Source: an uncultured Actinomycetota bacterium (GTDB lineage Bacteria > Actinomycetota > Actinomycetes > JAHEKZ01). Taken from it: DNA of 64,000 bases. The notes beneath the pieces were generated by a model, which searched no databases, was not told the DNA's origin, and saw nothing but the letters and a program-made list of their open reading frames with translations. The stretch lies in assembly GCA_963829525.1 (NCBI GenBank), contig CAWHIJ010000003.1:224001-288000 (forward strand), written 5' to 3'. The position numbers and the translations under genes are program-made. This document shows positions 58,642 through 64,000 of the stretch, piece by piece (the stretch's first letter is position 1; the number at the start of each line of letters is the position of its first letter).

Positions 58642-59172
58642 GTGGCTGAGCAACTCTTCGCGACTCTGAACACCAACCGTGGCGCGATCCGCATCGAGCT
58701 GTACCCCAACCACGCACCGAAGACGGTCGCCAATTTCGTCGATCTGGCCGAAGGTTCGCGCGAGTGGAAGCATCCGGGCACCAGTGAGATGAGCACCAGC
58801 AAGCTCTATGACGGAACGACCTTTCACCGGGTGATCAGCGGGTTCATGATTCAGGGCGGTGACCCACTCGGCACCGGAACCGGCGGTCCCGGCTATCGAT
58901 TCGGCGACGAGTTCCACCCTGAGCTCACCTTCAGAGAGCCGTACCTGCTCGCCATGGCGAACTCCGGACCGGGCACCAACGGTTCACAGTTTTTCATTAC
59001 GGTCGGCGCCGCGGACTGGCTGAACTTCAAGCACACGATTTTCGGAAAGGTCGCCGACCCCGACTCGCGGGCCGTGGTCGACGCGATAGCCGCCACTCCG
59101 ACCGGCTCCCAGGACCGTCCGGTCGACCCGGTGGTCATCGAGACTGTCACGATCGAGCGAGTCGGCGCCTGA
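58642..59172 (+). CDS. ppiA: Cyclophilin-type peptidyl-prolyl isomerase
   Basis: APKTVANF, FHRVISGFMIQGGDP, TNGSQFFIT, HTIFGKV. Confidence 0.97.
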   Translation: MAEQLFATLNTNRGAIRIELYPNHAPKTVANFVDLAEGSREWKHPGTSEMSTSKLYDGTTFHRVISGFMIQGGDPLGTGTGGPGYRFGDEFHPELTFREPYLLAMANSGPGTNGSQFFITVGAADWLNFKHTIFGKVADPDSRAVVDAIAATPTGSQDRPVDPVVIETVTIERVGA

Positions 59173-59182
59173 CGCGCACGGC

Positions 59183-60211
59183 ATGACCGAACAGCCTGCA
59201 GGAGAATCGGAGTCCTCGGCGGCCCCGCCCACTTGTTACCGACACCCTGAGCGCGAGAGCCACATCAGGTGCAGCAGGTGCGAGCGGCCAATTTGCCCCG
59301 ACTGCATGGTCACGGCTGCCGTGGGGTTCCAGTGTCCTGAGTGCGTTCAAGAGGGCAAGGCAGCCGTGCGAGAGGCGCGGACGCTTGCCGGTGGTGTGAT
59401 CCACGGCGACCCGATGCTCGTCACCAAGATCCTCATAGCGGCGAACGTGGCTCTTTTTGTTCTGCAGTACGCGACGAATGACCGCTTGACCAGTCGGTTT
59501 GCCATGCAGGGGTTTGCCGTTGCTGTCGATGGTGAGTGGTGGCGACTGGTCACCTCCGCCTTCTTGCACACCGGCATCACGCACCTGGCGTTCAACATGC
59601 TGGCGCTGTGGTTCGTCGGTTCCGCGATTGAGCCGCGATTGGGTCGCTGGCGCTATCTCACCGTGTATCTGCTGAGCGCCCTTGGTGGTTCGGTGCTCTC
59701 ATACGCCGTCGACTCACCTGTTCAGTATTCGGTGGGCGCATCCGGAGCAGTCTTCGGTCTCTTTGGAGCGCTCTTCGTGCTGATGAGGCGGCTGCGCTTC
59801 GACGTAGGCGGGATCATCGGGCTGATCGTGGTCAACGTTGTGATCGGCTTCATCCCCGGGTTCAACATCAACTGGCGTGCGCACCTGGGCGGGCTCATCG
59901 TCGGAACGGTGTTAACCGCTGCCATGATCTACGCGCCACAGCGGCAGCGGCTCGGTGTCGCAATCGGCGCGTCGTTCGCGATCTTTGCCTTGTGTATCGC
60001 AGTCACCACGTGGCGCACTGATCAGATCAACGGCTGCCTGGACGGTACAAAGGACCCCAACATATGCATCGCTGACATCACCTACCTCGGGGCAACCCGC
60101 TCAGGCGCCGGCGGCGCGGTCGCGACGCGCGCGCCCGTAGACGCACCCGGACAGATCCAGACGCTGGAAGCGCCCACCGACCCTGACGCTGACGTCGACG
60201 ACGTCGGGTGA
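59183..60211 (+). CDS. Rhomboid intramembrane serine protease with N-terminal Cys/His zinc domain
   Basis: CYRHP..CSRC..ICPDC, WWRL, HLAFNM, GASGA, AHLGG. Confidence 0.94.
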   Translation: MTEQPAGESESSAAPPTCYRHPERESHIRCSRCERPICPDCMVTAAVGFQCPECVQEGKAAVREARTLAGGVIHGDPMLVTKILIAANVALFVLQYATNDRLTSRFAMQGFAVAVDGEWWRLVTSAFLHTGITHLAFNMLALWFVGSAIEPRLGRWRYLTVYLLSALGGSVLSYAVDSPVQYSVGASGAVFGLFGALFVLMRRLRFDVGGIIGLIVVNVVIGFIPGFNINWRAHLGGLIVGTVLTAAMIYAPQRQRLGVAIGASFAIFALCIAVTTWRTDQINGCLDGTKDPNICIADITYLGATRSGAGGAVATRAPVDAPGQIQTLEAPTDPDADVDDVG

Positions 60212-61429
60212 GTCCGCTCTTCCAACCCGAAAGCGGGACTCCGACTCGGGGTAGAGGACATCGAAGCTGCCAATGACTGGGTTGACCAGTCGCAGCTCGC
60301 CATCGACATGTGCGACACGCAGGGTTGGCTGCCAGGGGTTGTACGAGCGGTAGAGTCCGGCTGCCGCATGGTGGCGATGATCAGCGCTCTCGTCGTGCGG
60401 TTCGGGACGCGGCCAGGTCGGCTCATCGGACGGTAGGTCGCAGAGCAGGCGCAGAACGTGGGCGTTGGCGTCGGAGTCGTCGGCGTAGCCGTTAACCAGC
60501 ATGCAGGTACCGATCCCCCGGTCACGGTCGACCCGGACGTCGGCGAACATGCCAACCATTCCGCCACTGTGCCCCAGGGTGATTTGGCCGTCCGCCTCAT
60601 GCGTTCTCAAGCCGTAGCCGTACCAACCGTCGTCGTCACGGACGTGGCGGTCGGAGATGCGTGCGAAGTCGTCTGCATCGAGTACTCCTTCTGTACCGCC
60701 ATTGAGGAGAAAGCGAAGGTAGTGGCCCATGTCTTCGGGGGTTGCCGCAATGGCGCCGTCCGCGGTGCACGTCGGGAAGAGGGTGTCAGGGGTCTGATCG
60801 TCGTCGCAGCGCCACAGATCGTCGTCGCGTGGCGGACGGTGGCCGCGAACATCGACGCCGTGGTCGGACGACACGACCGATGCCTTGGAGTGGCTCATTC
60901 CCATCGGCCGCAGCACGTGCTCTTCCAGGTAGGTCTCGAGTGGCATCCCGGTCACCGACTCGATGACGTCACCGAGTAGTTCGTAGCCGGGGTTGGAGTA
61001 CCAGAAGGGACTGCCTGGATGCTGCGGAGCGCCGGCAGCCCCCTGCATGGCCGACTCGAGCAACGAGTCGGGCGTCCACTCGCTCCCACCCGGGAGCCCG
61101 GCCGTGTGTGTCATCAGGTGGTGCAGGGTGATCTCTGGGTTCAGGTGAGTTGCCCAGGGAAGGTGGTCGACGACCCGGTCGTCGACGGAGAGTTTGCCGT
61201 CCCGCTGCAGCTGCAGGGTCGCGATGCTGGAGAACGCTTTCGAGATGGATCCAATCTGCCAGCGCTGCGCGGCGTCCACCGGCCGCATCCCGTCTCGGTC
61301 AGCGAGGCCAGCCAGCTCGATGTGCACAGTCTGTTCGCGGTCGGAGATGACCACCGCCATCCCCGGGACGCGGCGGCGAGCCTGCCACGCCAGTGCCCAT
61401 CGGGTGGCCTCGTCGATGCGGTTCGGCAC
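60101..61429 (-). CDS. Serine hydrolase, beta-lactamase/AmpC family
   Basis: GSISK (SxxK), LMTHTAGL, YSN, YGYG, GHSGG. Confidence 0.9.
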   Translation of the reverse strand: MPNRIDEATRWALAWQARRRVPGMAVVISDREQTVHIELAGLADRDGMRPVDAAQRWQIGSISKAFSSIATLQLQRDGKLSVDDRVVDHLPWATHLNPEITLHHLMTHTAGLPGGSEWTPDSLLESAMQGAAGAPQHPGSPFWYSNPGYELLGDVIESVTGMPLETYLEEHVLRPMGMSHSKASVVSSDHGVDVRGHRPPRDDDLWRCDDDQTPDTLFPTCTADGAIAATPEDMGHYLRFLLNGGTEGVLDADDFARISDRHVRDDDGWYGYGLRTHEADGQITLGHSGGMVGMFADVRVDRDRGIGTCMLVNGYADDSDANAHVLRLLCDLPSDEPTWPRPEPHDESADHRHHAAAGLYRSYNPWQPTLRVAHVDGELRLVNPVIGSFDVLYPESESRFRVGRADSPDVVDVSVRVGGRFQRLDLSGCVYGRARRDRAAGA

Positions 61430-61451
61430 TCAACCTCCTCGGTCAGCCCAT

Positions 61452-61483
61452 CAATCCACAGGGGTTATCCCCACTGTGGATGT
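61452..61483. promoter_or_regulatory. Small DnaA-box cluster downstream of crgA
   Basis: CAATCCACA 61452, TTATCCCCA 61465, TGTGGATGT 61475. Confidence 0.68.
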
Positions 61484-61508
61484 ACTTACAACGCTGTGAT
61501 TCTTGGCG

Positions 61509-61763
61509 CTACTTCCAGCGGGTGGCGACCATCAGGCCGGCGAACATGAAGCCGAAGCCGATCGCGATGTTCCACGGGCCCAGGCTGCTCACGAAGCCGA
61601 TGCTGCTGGCGGCGACGTAGTAGAGGACCACCCAGGTCAGGCCGATGAGGAGCAGGGCCACCATCGTCGGAGCGACCCACCGGCCGCTGACCGCCTTGCT
61701 CTTGTCCGTGCGCTCCGGCGGCGGGATGTAGTCGGCTTTCTTGCGGGACCGCGACTTCGGCAC
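61509..61763 (-). CDS. crgA: Cell division protein CrgA
   Basis: MPKSRSRKK, WVAPTMVALLLIGLTW, LGPWNIAIGFG, ATRWK. Confidence 0.96.
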   Translation of the reverse strand: MPKSRSRKKADYIPPPERTDKSKAVSGRWVAPTMVALLLIGLTWVVLYYVAASSIGFVSSLGPWNIAIGFGFMFAGLMVATRWK

Positions 61764-61830
61764 GTCCACCACTCCTTGGGTCACGCCCGGGGGGTCCGGA
61801 CAGGTGAGTCTGCCCCGTAGCGTAATCCCT

Positions 61831-62535
61831 ATGCGGTCGACAACGGTGTGGCGCGTCCTGGTGCCCGTCGTGCTGCTGCTGATCGGTCTGCTGTTGGCGA
61901 CGTCTGCGAGGTTGGCCGCCGGGACGGACTTGCGCGCCGATCGGCGCACCAATCTGGTCGACCTCATTCGCGCCGAGCAGGACCGGGTGGAAGCTGAGAC
62001 CGTCAACGTGTCGGAGCTTCAAAACCGGCTGGATGCTGCGGCCAAGGCCAAGGCGAGGGTGCCGGTGGAGACCGATCCTGAGCTGGAATCCTTGATCTCA
62101 GAGGTCGAGGGTGCCGGTCTCACCGTCACGCTGGAGGACGCGCCGATTCCTGCCGATGGGGTCCCTGACGGATGGAACGCTGACGACTACGTAGTCCACG
62201 AGCAGGACGTGCAGGCGGTCATCAATGCTTTGTGGGCTGGTGGGGCGGAGGCAATAGGCGTGATGGACCAGCGGATCATCGCCACCAGCGCCGTGCGTTG
62301 TGTCGGTAGCACGCTGTTGCTGCACGGACAGGTCTACGCCCCGCCCTATACGGTCATCGCCGTGGGTCCAACCGATCGCATGCAGCGGGCCATCGACGTT
62401 TCTCCGCGCGTGGCGATCTACCGGCAGTACGCGGGCCTCCTGGGACTGGGTTTCGACGTCAGTGACTCGGACTCGGTCACTGTGCCTGCCTATGAGGGGC
62501 CTCTCTCCGTGCGCTACGCGCAGGTGGTGGAGTGA
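61831..62535 (+). CDS. DUF881 family protein
   Basis: GTDLR, VVHEQDVQAVINALWAGGAEA, TSAVRCVG. Confidence 0.92.
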   Translation: MRSTTVWRVLVPVVLLLIGLLLATSARLAAGTDLRADRRTNLVDLIRAEQDRVEAETVNVSELQNRLDAAAKAKARVPVETDPELESLISEVEGAGLTVTLEDAPIPADGVPDGWNADDYVVHEQDVQAVINALWAGGAEAIGVMDQRIIATSAVRCVGSTLLLHGQVYAPPYTVIAVGPTDRMQRAIDVSPRVAIYRQYAGLLGLGFDVSDSDSVTVPAYEGPLSVRYAQVVE

Positions 62536-63203
62536 ACGCGGCTCGTCGCACAGCTGGTGTTGTGGGTGAGCTCCTGATCACCGCTGGAGTCATCGTCCTG
62601 TTGTTCGTTGGGTATCAACTGGTATGGACCAACGTCCAAGCCGACCGAGCGGCGAGTGCACAGAGCAACGCCCTCGAGAAGCGGTGGGCGGAGCGGACGC
62701 CAAAAGACCCGGAGTTCGACCTGCCGCTGAAGAACGGTGAGGCATTCGCGCTGCTGCGGATACCCCGTCTCGGCGACAACTACCGGGTGCCGATCGTCGA
62801 GGGAGTCAGCCTGGAATCGCTGGCGCGTGGGGTCGGCCACTATCCGAAGACCGCCTTACCTGGTCAGATCGGCAACTTCTCGGTAGCCGGGCACCGGGCA
62901 ACCAACGGTGAGCCATTCGCCTACCTCGATCAGGTCGACGTCGGTGACGATGTCTTCGTTGAGACCGGTACTGCGTGGTACACCTACGAAGTCATCAAGG
63001 AGTACATCGTGGAGCCCACCCAGGTGGGCGTCATCCTTCCGGTGCCGAACGAGCCAGGTGCTGTGCCACGTCGCCGGTTGATGACCCTGACCACCTGTAA
63101 TCCGCGCTGGGACTCGTACGAGAGGCTGATCTTTCACGCCAAGCTCGTCGATGAGCTACCCAAGAGTGAGGGACGGCCGGCCGCCCTCGGAGGTGGTGGC
63201 TGA
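62532..63203 (+). CDS. Class E sortase
   Basis: GVGHYP, NFSVAGHR, TLTTCNP, RL. Confidence 0.93.
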   Translation: MNAARRTAGVVGELLITAGVIVLLFVGYQLVWTNVQADRAASAQSNALEKRWAERTPKDPEFDLPLKNGEAFALLRIPRLGDNYRVPIVEGVSLESLARGVGHYPKTALPGQIGNFSVAGHRATNGEPFAYLDQVDVGDDVFVETGTAWYTYEVIKEYIVEPTQVGVILPVPNEPGAVPRRRLMTLTTCNPRWDSYERLIFHAKLVDELPKSEGRPAALGGGG

Positions 63204-63433
63204 TGTACGGCTGGCTTTGGAGGCATCTGCCCGGCCCGGCTCCCGTTCGCGTGGTCATCGCCCTGCTGCTCTTCGTCGCGGTTGTAGCGGTCCTGTTGCT
63301 CTGGGTCTTCCCATGGGTCGAGCCTCGACTGCCGTTCACCGACGTCACCGTTGATGGATCCGCCGCGGCCCGAGTGACTGAAATACTTCGAACACGGGAC
63401 GCGTGGGTCGCTGGCCTAGGCTGGATGACGTGA
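63203..63433 (+). CDS. Small membrane protein
   Basis: MYGWLWRHLPG plus a TM helix; TGATG-coupled to the sortase. Confidence 0.75.
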   Translation: MYGWLWRHLPGPAPVRVVIALLLFVAVVAVLLLWVFPWVEPRLPFTDVTVDGSAAARVTEILRTRDAWVAGLGWMT

Positions 63434-64000
63434 CCTCACGGATTCTTGTCGTCGACAACTACGACTCATTCGTCTACAACCTTGTGCAGTACCTCGCCCA
63501 GCTGGGAGCTGAGTGCACGGTGCTACGCAACGACGCCGTCGACCTCGACGCTGTCACCAGCTACGACGGTGTGCTGCTCAGCCCCGGCCCAGGGATTCCG
63601 GAGGATGCCGGAGTATGCGTCCCATTGGTGCGCGAGTTCGCCGGACGCGTGCCGATCTTCGGCGTCTGTCTCGGACTGCAGGCCATGGCCGTGGCCTACG
63701 GGGCAACGGTGGGCAGGGCGCCCGAGCTGTTGCACGGCAAGACCAGCCTTGTCGAGCACGAGGGCGTCGGCGTTCTCGCAGGACTGCCGAACCCCTTCAC
63801 CGCGACGCGGTACCACTCGCTGGCGGTCGATGAAGCAACCATCCCACCGGACTGGGACGTGACTGGCCGCACGGCGTCCGGCGTCATCATGGCAATGCGT
63901 CACCACACGCTGACTGTCGAAGGCGTGCAGTTCCACCCTGAGTCCGTGCTCACTGAGGGTGGCCACCTGATGTTGGCCAACTGGCTCACTGTGTGCGGAG
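63430..64000 (+). CDS. trpG: Glutamine amidotransferase, anthranilate/aminodeoxychorismate synthase component II (runs off the window)
   Basis: Not in the ORF track. From GTG 63430: MTSRILVVDNYDSFVYNLVQY...SPGPG...GVCLG...HGKTS...TRYHSL...GVQFHPESV. Confidence 0.94.
   Translation, partial: MTSRILVVDNYDSFVYNLVQYLAQLGAECTVLRNDAVDLDAVTSYDGVLLSPGPGIPEDAGVCVPLVREFAGRVPIFGVCLGLQAMAVAYGATVGRAPELLHGKTSLVEHEGVGVLAGLPNPFTATRYHSLAVDEATIPPDWDVTGRTASGVIMAMRHHTLTVEGVQFHPESVLTEGGHLMLANWLTVCG

Overview
High-GC actinomycete chromosome segment spanning the replication origin. The core order is [19 protein letters not shown] ... femX-alr-like ... GT87-ponA-DUF5318 / padR-ino1-MFS / cca / DUF6049-murJ-(pseudokinase)-sigM-anti-sigma-trxB-trxA-cwlM / parB-parA-rsmG-jag-yidC-yidD-rnpA-rpmH / dnaA-oriC-dnaN-recF-dciA-gyrB-gyrA-DUF3566-tRNA-Ile-DLW39-tRNA-Ala ... 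ppiA-rhomboid / crgA / DUF881-sortase E-trpG/pabA. The left 11 kb is accessory metabolism: a class III aminotransferase-SDR-Lrp operon carrying apparent +1 sequencing frameshifts, and a GlpK-like kinase with two flavoproteins. I saw no CRISPR array, rRNA, transposase, integrase or intein. The most notable extras are: (1) an exact 9-mer, CTGACCTGC, embedded in three separate DnaA-box clusters (dnaB promoter, dnaA promoter, oriC); (2) an uncalled 49-aa membrane ORF translationally coupled to parB; (3) a pseudopilin-like gene plus NlpC/P60 cassette between murJ and its pseudokinase, behind a FliA/WhiG-like promoter; (4) two unannotated gene remnants (GNAT, esterase); (5) a divergent galactokinase downstream of parB. 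All calls come from manual motif reading and synteny recalled from memory; no database searches were run.
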